Source: the human T2T-CHM13v2.0 reference genome, Homo sapiens. Taken from it: 64,000 bases of DNA. This document shows, piece after piece, positions 47,107 to 64,000 of this stretch; position 1 is the stretch's first letter, and each line of letters starts with the position of its first letter. The DNA lies in the NCBI RefSeq assembly GCF_009914755.1, contig NC_060938.1; one strand, given 5' to 3'. Position numbers and translations under genes: made by a program. Below the pieces are notes generated by a model. The model had not been told where the DNA came from. It saw nothing but the letters and a program-made list of their open reading frames with translations, and searched no databases.

Positions 47107-48105
47107 ATTTGCATCTTCTCTTCAAACTACTAACTTTCCCTTCCTCATCCTTGCTTTCAGTTCATGACATTGCTTCCTATTTCACTGAGAACACTGAAGC
47201 TGTCAGGAAGGATGCCCACAGACCCATGCTCTCAATCATGTACTTACCAACATCTGTACCCCTGCATTCTGTTTTCACTCTCTTATTACATATGAACTGT
47301 TCATTCTCCTGTCAAAAGTCAGTTCCTCCTCTTCTGCATTGGATTCCACCACCTCTCACCTAGTCAAGAACATAGCTCCGGAGATTCTCCTCTCTTCATA
47401 TATCATCAGTTTCTTCCTCTCTAGTAGGACACTTCCGTCAGCACACAAACTTGTCTCTCATCTTAAAAAATCATTTTTTGAGTCACTTTCCACTCCAGAA
47501 ATCAACTCTTTTCTTGCCTCCCCATTTGCAGCAAAATTCCTTGGAAAAGTTGTCTACTTTTGGTGGTCTCTGATTCCCCTTCCTCTATTCTTTAAAAACT
47601 GCATTCAAGTTTTTCACTCTCCCCACGGCCCACACCATTGAAACTGCTCTTGCCAAGATCACAGGCAGTTTCCAGTTTGTTAAATCCAATGGTCAGTTTC
47701 TTGTTGCCAACTAATTTTATGTATCAGTTGCATTTTATATGATTAATTCCTCCCTTCTCCTTGATATAGTTTCTTCGCTTGGCTTTCAGGATTTCACATT
47801 CTTGGATTTCTCCTACCTCACTGGTCACTGTTTTTGGTCACCCTTGCTGATTACTCTTCTTATTGGACTCTTAAATTGTTGTGCTCAGGACTCAGTCCTA
47901 AGGCTTCTTTATCTATATTCACTCCCATTGTGATCTCTTGTGGCTTCAAATACTACCTATATGTTGATGGATCCTAAATTTATATGACTCAACCAAACAT
48001 CACTCCTTAAGTCTACTTGTATATCTAACTTGACATCTCCACTTGTATGTCTAGTAGGTATCTCAAAATTACCATCTCTAAAACTGAATTTTTAAATCTC
48101 CCTTC
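47107..48105 (+). mobile_element. L2 (ORF2 region), left part
   Basis: L2 motifs: ttgcttcctatttcactgaga, gaaactgctcttgccaagatcac, taaatccaatggtcag, gacatctccacttg...tctcaaa. Confidence 0.85.
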
Positions 48106-48106
48106 C

Positions 48107-48180
48107 TGTGCCAGTTCAGATTCTTGGGAATATATGTCAAGATGGAATTAGAATTTCAAGAGATTTACTGGGGGAGAGTG
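48107..48180. mobile_element. ERVL-type LTR fragment (LTR16/LTR33-like)
   Basis: tgtgccagttcagattcttggg...aagatggaattag...caagagatttactggggga resembles an ERVL LTR end; truncated by L1. Confidence 0.45.
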
Positions 48181-48293
48181 GAGAGTCATGTCAGCAAGAT
48201 GGCAGAGTCCTTCCACAACACAACAATTAGACAGCTATCCATGAATGAAAATAGCTTTAGGAGAGCCCAGGAGTCCAATTAAGAAGCTGCAGC

Positions 48294-48374
48294 GAGCTTG
48301 CAGTGAGCCAAGATCGCGCCACTGCACTCCAGCCTGGGAGACGACAGAGCGAGGCTCCATCTCAAAAAAAAAAA
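48294..48374 (+). mobile_element. Severely 5'-truncated AluY
   Basis: gagcttgcagtgagcc... polyA; TSD aagaagctgcagc at 48281-48293 and 48375-48387. Confidence 0.9.
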
Positions 48375-51300
48375 AAGAAGCTGCAGCAACATAGTGGAGA
48401 ATTAAAAAAAAAAAAAAAAAAAACAACGGGTGGCATGAGAATAACTGCACTGCACAGAAAGGCTAGGAAGAACAGTTTCATTTTGCCTGCATTATTTCAT
48501 TCCCCAGGCCAGCATAGCTCAGCACCAAGAGAGCACTCCCAGGCCTGTGAGTTCCCCTCATAGAGCAAAGTAGAGCAGGGTGAGCAACCTGCTTCCCCAG
48601 CCTTTTTGAGGGACTGCCTAAAGGACCTTCTTTGGTTGCACTCCACTAATACTGCTGAGGAGATCAGCATAACTGAGACATTTAGAAACAGATAAGAACA
48701 AAAGAGAAGGGTGGGGGCTATCAATATCACTATCAGCCATGGAGTGGGTGCCACCATGGTTCCCAGTGGACTGCTCTGCAAAGGACCTCAGCAGTCATCA
48801 CAACTGCTATTAGCCCCCTGGAGAAGGAGACACTGCTGCACGCCTGCCCTCCTGCCCGCTGAGAAGGAGTTGCTGCTGCACCACTCAGGCTGGAGACACC
48901 ACTCCACCCCCTTGGCAACTGCATGCATGCCTGTACCCTGGTCTTTCTGCATACACCTGTGCTCCAGACCCTGACTCTCAATTGCTTCATGAGTGCCTGT
49001 GTATTGCACACCAGCATCACTACCGCCGTGGACATGCCTGCACCTTGGACACAGGTACCACTGCTACAGCAGATGTGCCTGCACTCCTCAGCTTCATAGT
49101 TGTTCTAAGAACACCTGTGTTTCACACACTGGTGACACCACCATAGTGGGTACACCTGGGCCCTGGATTCCAGAGCCACAATCACTCCATGCATGCCTGT
49201 GCTCCAGACCCTGGATGTGGCTCCAAGAAGGATTCCCTTGGCCATGGGGGATAAAGAGAACAGGAGGACTCCAGCGGCCTTCACCACTGAAGATCTCAAT
49301 AGCCTTTGCTGCCATTGAAGACACCTGCAATCTTAGCTGACACTGACCTCAGGTGATGGAGCTGCAAGAAACTACAGTGCTATGACCTCATCAGTGTTGG
49401 AACTGCCATGGTCCACCCAGACAATACCCTCACACTCATCCATGGGTGAAGGTCCTTCCCCACTGAAACCATCCAAAGCCTGGAAGAGGTGATGGCTTCC
49501 TCAAATGTATAGACATCAACGCAAAGCTATGAGAAACAAAAAATCAAGGAAACATATCACCAACAAGGGAACACAATAATTTTCCAGTAACTGACCCCAA
49601 AGAAATGGATATCTACAAATTACCTAACAAAGAATTCAGAGTAATCTTAAACTCTGAGCTACAAGAGAATACAGATAGACAACTAAACAAAAATTGGGAA
49701 AATAATACATGAAGAAAATGAGAAGTTTAACAAAGAGATAGATGCCATAAAAGAGAACCAAATGAATTCTGGAGCTGAAGAATATAATGATTGAAGTGAA
49801 AAATTCAGTAGAGAGCTTCAACAGCAGACTCTGTCAAATAGAAGAAAGAATCAGTAAACTTGACAGATCATTTGAAATGACCAAGTCAGAGGAGCAAAAC
49901 AAAACAAAAAAAGAATTAATAAATCTGAAGTGACTTTTAGGGCCACTTTAAGCAAAACAATATGCGTATTATGGGAGTTCCAGAAGAAGCAGAGAAAGAG
50001 GCATAAGGCTTAATTAAGGAAGTAATGGCAGAAAATTTCTCAAATCTGATTAGAGAAATGAACATCTAGATCCATGATGCCTAAAACACCCCAAAGAGCC
50101 TGAACATTGAGAGATTTTTCACCAGGACACATTATACTTGAATTGTTTAAAGTCAAGAAAAAATAATTCTTAAAGCAGAAAGAGAAAAGCAACTCATTGT
50201 AAATAAGGAAATCCCCATAAAATTTTATGGCAGCAGATTTCTAAATAGAAACTTTGTGAGCTGAGAGAGAGTGGGATAATATACTCAAAGTACTGAAAGA
50301 AGAAAAACTACCATCCAAGAATACTATACCTGGGAAAATTGTTCTTTAAAAAAGAAGAGATTAATGTCTTTCTCAGAAAAACAAAAATTGAGTTTGTCAC
50401 CACTAGATGTACCTTACAAGAAATCCCTAACGGAGTTTTAAAAATAGAAATGAAAACATGCCGATCAGCTGCACAAAAGCATATGAAAGCATAGATCTCA
50501 CTGTAAATATAAATATATAGACATACAAATATTTATGTAACAGTGTAATGGTGGTGCATAATTTAACTTTAACCCTAATATTAAAGTTAAAAGATAAAAA
50601 TTTGTTAATGGAATCACAATACAAAAAGAAACAAACTCTCACTACAAAACACAAAGTGTGTGTGGGAGGAGGGGAGTAAACATGTAGTGTTTTTGTATGC
50701 AATTGAAATTAAGTTATCAACTTAAACTAAACGGTATAACTACAAGATTATTTTATGCAATCTTCAAGCTAACCATAAAGAAAAAACCTACCATAGGTAA
50801 ACAAAAAATAAGGATAAAAGGAACTAAGGAAAAGGAAGAAAGCAAAAGAGGAAAAGAGGGAAAATAAAAGCAAAAAAGAAAACAATTAACAAAATGGTAA
50901 TAGTAAGTCCTCACTTATCAATAATTACCTTAAATGTAAATCCATTAGACAGACTCACCACTCAAAAGGCATAGAGTGGCTGAATGGATTAAAAAACAAT
51001 ATATACTGTCCACAAGAAACTCACTTGAGATTGAAAGACACCTTGACTGAAATTATAGGGATGGAAAAATGTAGTTCATGCAAATGGTAACCAAAATAAA
51101 GCAGAAGTGGCTATATTTATATCAGACAAAATAGATTTTAGGTTGGAAACTGTAGAGAAAAAGATGGTCATTATTAAATGATATAAGGGTCAATTTAACA
51201 CGAATATATAACAATTTTAATTATATACACACCCAACATCACAGCACCTAATTATGTCCACAGATGTTGATAGATCTGAAGACCAAAATTGCCATCAATA

Positions 51301-53332
51301 CAATTGTTGTAGGGAACTTCACTACCCCACTTATGCTAATGGATAGAACATCCAGACAGAAAATCAATAAAGAAACAGCTGACTTGAACAATGCTGTAGA
51401 CCAAATGGAGCTAACAGACCTACACAGAACTTTCCATTTAACAGCAGAAGAATAAACTTCTAAAGCACACATGGAACATTCTCAAGGATATATCACATGT
51501 TAGCATATAACACGTGCCATTTGTTATGAAACAAATCTTAACAAGTAGAAGAAGATTGAAATCTTTTGAGGCATCTTTTCTGACCACTGTGGAATGAAAA
51601 GACATCAAGAAAACCAGAAAATTCACAAATACATGGAAACTGTGCAACATGCTTTTGAACTACCATTAAGTCAAAGACGAAATAAAAAAAGAATTTCAAA
51701 ACTATCTCAAGACAAGTGAAAACAAAATCACCGCATATCAAATCCTGTGAGATGCAGCAAAAGCAATACTGAGAAGGAAGTTTATAGCAATCAATGCCTA
51801 CATTAAAAAAAAGAGAAAGATGCCAAATAAACAACCTAACTTTACATCTCAAGGAACTGGAAAAAGAAGAATAAGCCAAAGCCAAACACAAAGCTAGCAA
51901 AAAGAAGGAAATAATAAAGATTAGAGCAGAAATAAATTGAGAATAGAAAAACAAAACTAAGAGCTGTTTTTTGGAAAAGATAAACAAAACTGACAAACCC
52001 TTAGCTAGACTAAGAAAAAAAGACTCAAGAAGAAAGAGCATTATTACAATGGATACCCCAGAAATAAAAAGAGTCATAAGATACTATTATGCCAACAAAC
52101 TGGATAAACTAGAAGAAATGGAAAAATTTCTAGAAACATACAACTTACCAAAACTGATTCAAGAAGAAATAGAAATTTTGAAAAGACCAATAACAAATAA
52201 GGAGATTGAACCAGTAGTAAAAAATCTCCCTAGAAAAAAAGGTGCAGAATCAGATAGCTTCACCGATGAATTCTACCAAACATTCAAAGCAGAATTAATA
52301 CAAATCCTTCTTAAACTCTTCCAAAAAATAGAAGGAACACTTTCAGACTCATTCTATGAGGCCAGCATCACCCTGATACCAAAACCAAACAAAGACATTA
52401 TAAGAAAAGCAAATTACAGGCCAATATCTCTGATGAACATAGATGTAAAAATCCTCAAGCACATACTAGCAAACTGAATTCAACAGCACATTAAAAGGAT
52501 CATACACCATGACCAAGTAGGATTTATCTCTGAGATGCAAGGATGGTTCAACATATACAAATCAATGTGATACAACATGCTAATAAAATCAAAGAAAAAT
52601 ATGATCATCTAAATAGACAGAAAAATGCCTTTGACAAAGGCAGAAAAAACCTTTGACAAAGTTCAACATCCACTTATGATTAATACTCTCAACAAAATAG
52701 ATATGGAAGTAAGTATCCTCAACACAATAAAGGTGATATATCTAAAGCCTGCAGCTAACATTATCATCAATGGGGTAAAACAAAGCTTTCCTTCTAGAAT
52801 CCAGTACAAGGTACAGATACCCACTCTCACCACTTATTTTTTGATGTAATACTGGAAACCTTAGCCAGAGCAGGAAGACATAAATAAATAAATAAAAAAT
52901 AAAAGCATCCATATAAGAAAGGAAGAAGTAAAATTATCTCTATTTGCAGGTGACATAATCTTTTTTTTTTTTCATTTTAACTATGTTTATTGTGCACTTA
53001 GTAGGCCAGATACTCTTCTGATATTGAGAATACAGTGGTGAATAACACAAACTCCATGCTTTCAAGATTCCCACACCCAGATACTAAGACATATTAAAAT
53101 TTACAGCAATTAAAACAGTGTAGTTTGGTACAATAACACATATAGCAATGATACAAATTAGGGGAAAAAACCCTGGCTTCTATAACAAGTGAGTATACAT
53201 TAAAGACATTATTGCAGAATGGCTTCAGGATTAATTTGATTAATTTAGAGAGAGCCTATTTCAGGTCTTCCTAGCTCATCCACACACATCACCTTTCAGT
53301 GTTCTTTGTAGGTACTTAAAACTTAAAAAAAG

Positions 53333-53637
<305 letters not shown>

Positions 53638-54000
53638 TTAAAAAAGATAATGTGGCACAAAATTTGTAAGATACTTTGAAATTCATAATTTCAGATGGAT
53701 GTGGCTGGTAAGGATCTTAACAAGCCCCCAGTTTGGGCTGACTTTTACTAATGAGGAAAATTATTAGGATTAAGCAGGGTCTTGAGGAATCACCTGTAAA
53801 GGCTCAGACTTTAAAGTGCTTCCCCTCCCTTCCCTACCCCAACATTTGGAGAAATCTCTCACTAGATGGCCTTTCAAACAAATGAGAAACACATGGTTCT
53901 AGGACAATTGATTATTTGAGAAAAAAGTGTACTCAAATAAATTCCAGATAGAATAAAGGTTAATGTGAATAAACAAAAACAAAGAGAATATGGGTAATTC

Positions 54001-54315
54001 TTTTTTTAAAATTTATTTCTATTTTTTATTTTTTTTGAGACAGTTCTTACTCTGTTGCCCAGGCTGGAGTGCAGCGGCGCAATCATAGCTCACTGCAGCC
54101 TTGAACTCCTGGGCCCAAGCCATCCTCCTGCTCAGCCTCCCGAGCAGCTGGGACCACAGGTGTGTGTCGCTACACCTGGCTATTTTTTATTTTTTGTAGA
54201 GATAGGGGTATTGCTTTGTCGCCCAGGCTGGGCTCAGATTCCTGGCTTCAAGCAATTCTCCCACCTTGGCTTCCCAAAGTGTTGGGATCACAAGCATGAG
54301 CCATTGTGTCTGGCC
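54001..54315 (-). mobile_element. AluJ within the retrocopy 3' UTR (inverted to the AluY)
   Basis: aatcatagctcactgcagccttgaactcctggg J diagnostics; T-rich tail. Confidence 0.92.
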
Positions 54316-54439
54316 TGGGTGATTCTTTATCTGACATAGAGGTTGGGAAACAGAACAACAACAAAAAAATTGATAAATTACATAACTTACAAATTAGTAA
54401 GAAAGATATGACCATACTAATGGAAAAAAGTTAATTCAA

Positions 54440-56208
54440 AAACTTTTGACCCTAAACTAACTTTTTGGATATTAGGCTTCCTGAAGTTCAAGAGTGACAT
54501 ATTAGGCTTATTTGTAATGTTTGAATTATACAGGAAACATTGTCAAGTGTGAAGTGGTGTTTAGCTTCCTTTGGGTTATACTGATAGAGATTTGTTGTTA
54601 ATATGTGTTCCAGGATTGTATGAGAGTTCTAAAATTCTGATATGTCTTAATATATGTTGTAATGATTATGTTAAATTGTTGTAAGCCACAGAAATAGCCA
54701 CATTTGTCAACTGTGTCTTTATGGCTGTCTTAAGACTTTTGTCATCCATAATTGATGTTTTGCTGTGATCCTTCTCAAAAAAAAAAAGTGACTTATAATC
54801 AGCTACAGTCCAAGGCTTACTTCTTTGGAGTTCATGAAAAGAACTCTTGAATGCAGGTTTCTGGTAACTTTGGAGAGTGTGCCATTGGATTAGACAGAAA
54901 ACTTCCAAGGCACTAATTGAAAGGCTGATGTGTTCATAAAGATGAATATGAAGTAGAGCAGGAGTTGATTACATGGACTGAAATGAACTAATGGAAGACT
55001 GAAATAATTTGTATGGCTTTTGTTGTTTGAAATATTGCTACTTCTTTTTGTTTTTTCAGAGTCTGAATAATCTTTTTATTTTGAGCTATTTATAGCCTTG
55101 AAATACACTTTAAGTGTATTGAGTATTCTAATTTCTCCAGAATTTGTAAACTATTTATGAATATTCTTAATTCATGGCATTTGTCTGTATAAAGTTAATA
55201 ACCACGTTTTCTTTTGTAATAGGGCACAATTGAAACCGGTTACTTTCTCAGGACTTTGACTGAAATGGCCTTGTGAAATGTTCTAGCAAAGCCAATCTAG
55301 GAGAGTCTATATGGACAATGATTCTTGTTGCACTTTGTGTGGGTAATCAGGCCCAGTATACGGGACTGAAGTTTATTTTGAAGTTAGGTCGGTTCTGCTG
55401 TGATTTGTCTTTGGTGGAAGTGGTAGACTGGAGACAGAAATATTGTATGTCCCTAAATTAATATAGCTCCCAACAACCAATCCCTCATTATACCTTTAAC
55501 TGCAACCACCAGACACAACGGCTAGGAATAACAGCAGGGGTAGGAATGGGAGTTAGCGGGATTGCAACTTCCCTATCCTATTACCAACGCTTGTCCAAGG
55601 ATTTTATGGAAAGCCTGGATAACATTGCTCAAAGTATTGTCACCTTACAAATTCAGATAGGCTCCTTGGCAGTGGTCGCTTTGCAAAATTGAAGGGGACT
55701 AGATCTCCTAACTGCTGAAACAGGTGGCTTATGTATTTTCCTAGAAGAAGAATGCTGTTTTGATGTCAGCCAATCAGGATTAGTAAGGGACACCACCTGA
55801 AAACTAGCTGACTGGGCCTCTAAAATATGACAACAGCTGGGGCACCTAAAGGGCACTAAGTTGGGTTTCATGGCTCCCTCCCTTGGCCAGCCCATTATTA
55901 ATGATTATATTTGCCTTGGTTTTTGGACCATATTTGTTAAATCTTTTAACCAAATCCATTTCCTTTTGCCTAGAGACCACCAAGTTAGATGATCATGTGA
56001 CAAGATTTCTAGCCAGTTTCAGGTAAAGACACCACCGGCCATCAAGAAGCTACCCTGTCTCCCCTAGACAAAGCAGGGTGAGAGTTACGTGATCTCCAGT
56101 AGGTAGGGACTGTGTCCCAAGTTAGCATGAAGCAGTTACAGAAGAAAGACCCTCAGTCTCTCAGCCTCCCGTAAAGATTTACGAGGATCACGTCTCTCAG
56201 GGGGAAAA
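54440..56208 (+). mobile_element. MER51/MER4-group ERV internal fragment with an env TM remnant
   Basis: [31 protein letters not shown] at ~55665-55760; PPT aggggggaaaa-like tract before the LTR. Confidence 0.8.
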
Positions 56209-56651
56209 TGAGGCAGGAGAATAGGGTCTGGAGACAGGGAACCTAAGGCTGATTCACATTGACTTCCTAGAACTGAATCAAAAGGAAAACCCCACCTCTC
56301 CATACCTAAGTAACAAAAGGATCAGAGGCTACTCCCTTTGCAATCCCCTTGCCTTTTCTGCATTGCAGATGAAACATGAAAGTGCCTCTGATTGGTCCCC
56401 TCCTGCAACCAATCAGACTGGTCATAAGCCAAGTCCTCATTTACACAGGAGTATAACTTTGTAACTTCACTTCAGCCTCTGATTGGTCACTTTCTGCACC
56501 AATCAGACAGGTCACGGGCCACTACTTCATTTACACAGGGTGTACGCCAAGTAACCAATGGCAAACCTCTAGAGGATATTCATTGCTTTGTGCGTTTTGT
56601 TCAATTATTTGTCCAAAATGCCAAGAACCTGGACACCCTCCACCAGTAACA
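56209..56651 (+). mobile_element. MER51-type LTR (internally deleted)
   Basis: Starts tgaggcaggagaatagggtctggag.cagggaacctaagg; repeated gattgg/ccaat blocks; ends agtaaca. Confidence 0.85.
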
Positions 56652-56674
56652 GTTTGACCAGTTATTTATTGTAT

Positions 56675-57150
56675 TACTTAGGACTGCATTTGGCTGCATA
56701 TAAGAGAAACCTGACCGAGGCCTAATTAAGCACAGTGTTTATTCTTCTCACTACCAAGAAGTCAGAGGTCAGCAATCCAAGCTGGTGTAGCAGCTCCTCC
56801 AGGCATGTCAGCAAGGAGCCAAGCTCTGAGTCTTTTTACTAACATGACCCAAAGCACATGGCTGCCTTCCTTATGCCTAAAAGTGGCTCTGGTACTCAGG
56901 TTTTATCTCTGCACTCCAAGTAGGATGAAAAGATAAGAGCAAAGGCTCATGCTTGCCAAGTCTGTCCTTTTGTAACAAAAAAACCCAGCAGCTTTATCAA
57001 GCAGAATTCCACCTGTATTTCTTAACTTGCCAGAGCTGAGTCTCATGGCCACCCTTAGCAGGAGTTGGGGAGGTATTTTTAACAAAGCACATTATCATCT
57101 CCCCCACCCAAAGTGGAGCTATTGCTAATGAAAAAGATACAATGAGATGT
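56675..57150. mobile_element. MLT1-type MaLR LTR relic in the retrocopy 3' UTR
   Basis: ttaggactgcatttggctgc...ctgagtctcatggccacccttagc...attgctaatg. Confidence 0.6.
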
Positions 57151-57561
57151 TTATGAAATTATCTGTAGCTATTAATGTCAGGTTTTTGAAATTTACTGAC
57201 CTGGAAGAATACTCATAATGCAATGTCAAGTGAGAAGCAGGACAAAGAACATTTGCAATACAGTTGTATTTATAAAATTTTGTTTACACACACAAAAAAT
57301 GTATTTTGCTTAGAAATATAATTTACATATATATACAACCACACAAGGGAAATAACAAAATGTTAATACTAGCTAATTTCTATAGAGTTGGCATTTTAAG
57401 TCAGAGGGGTATTGATGAATAGATGTAGTTTATTAAATTTTTTTCTCTATTTCCTAAACTTTCTATAAAGAACTTGTAGTATCTTTATAATAGGAAAAAA
57501 ATGTGATTTTAATGAACACTCCATATACTTTCAAAGTAGACTGAATTCAAAATATTTACAC

Positions 57562-58020
<459 letters not shown>

Positions 58021-58139
58021 TTATATGTAGAAAACTTTAAAGACTTAACAAACTGTTACAACCAATAAATGAATACAAAATCAACATACACATGAAGCAT
58101 CCAAAAATGAAATCAAGAAAACAATAACAGAAAAAAAGT

Positions 58140-63375
<5,236 letters not shown>

Positions 63376-63720
63376 TTTCCTCTTGCTGCCTTTCCCAAAA
63401 TATTCTCATGGCTCATTCTCTCACTTTTTCTGTGTCTCTGTTCAGATGTGACCTTCTTAAGGAAGCCTACTCTGACCAACCTATTTAAAATCACAGTCAT
63501 TCTCCTCTGCATTCCTGATCCCCTTTAACCTGCTTTATTCCATTCTTTTTCCATAGCACTTATTACCTAACATAGGATATAAATTATTATACTTAATTTT
63601 TATTATCTGTCTTCCTCCAATAGAATGTAGGCTATCGGGGAAAGGAATTTTACTATCTTATGTATCTGAAGCAATGTAACAGTGCCTGGTTCTAGAAGAT
63701 GCTTAATGCTTGATGGGTGA
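63376..63720 (+). mobile_element. L2 3' part
   Basis: catggctcattctctcac...cagatgtgaccttc...tagaatgtaggct...acagtgcctgg. Confidence 0.8.
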
Positions 63721-64000
63721 AAGAACAGGCTTTCCAGGTTAGGAAACTAAATAGAATATTAAACCCTATTGCCTGGGACCACAACAAATGTCCTCACAGT
63801 TTACTGTCTGGTTAGAATCTTGTATTCAAAACTGACCAATCTTCACCCAAGCTAAATCAAAAGCATACTTTTGTTAGGGCCTTTTGTCAGGGCCAAGATC
63901 AAAGAGAATCATGTTTGGTTTGTGCCTTCAAGGACTCGGAGTCTAGTGGCTGGAGGCACGCAAATACATGCCATAGATTATCTTTTTCTGTCACCCCCCT

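Noticed and set aside
55600-55990. Second env ORF
   Set aside because: Stop within LQN*RGLD and only a TM fragment is present.

Overview
Human or great-ape-type genomic DNA, repeat-dense, with no intact host exon that I can recognise (intronic or intergenic). It has three main parts. (1) A decayed class I (gamma-like) provirus on the minus strand (20070-36352; LTR9/HUERS-P3-like, 4-bp TSD, tRNA-His-like PBS, gag-pro-pol-env remnants). Its 3' LTR is split by a full-length L1PA4-like element inserted about 30 nt downstream of the LTR TATA box. (2) A nested stack at about 47.1-63.7 kb: L2 > ERVL-type LTR fragment > old L1M > a ~5-kb KIAA1143 processed pseudogene plus an L1PA7/8-like element, cut on the right by a deletion. 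(3) About 20 Alus, MIR/L2/MaLR/hAT relics and several tandem repeats. The most striking signal is in the inverted Alu pair of the retrocopy 3' UTR, which carries a cluster of T>C changes (A>G on the mRNA strand). This looks like ADAR A-to-I editing fixed into the genome by retrotransposition. Family and subfamily names come from recalled consensus sequences, not from a database search.
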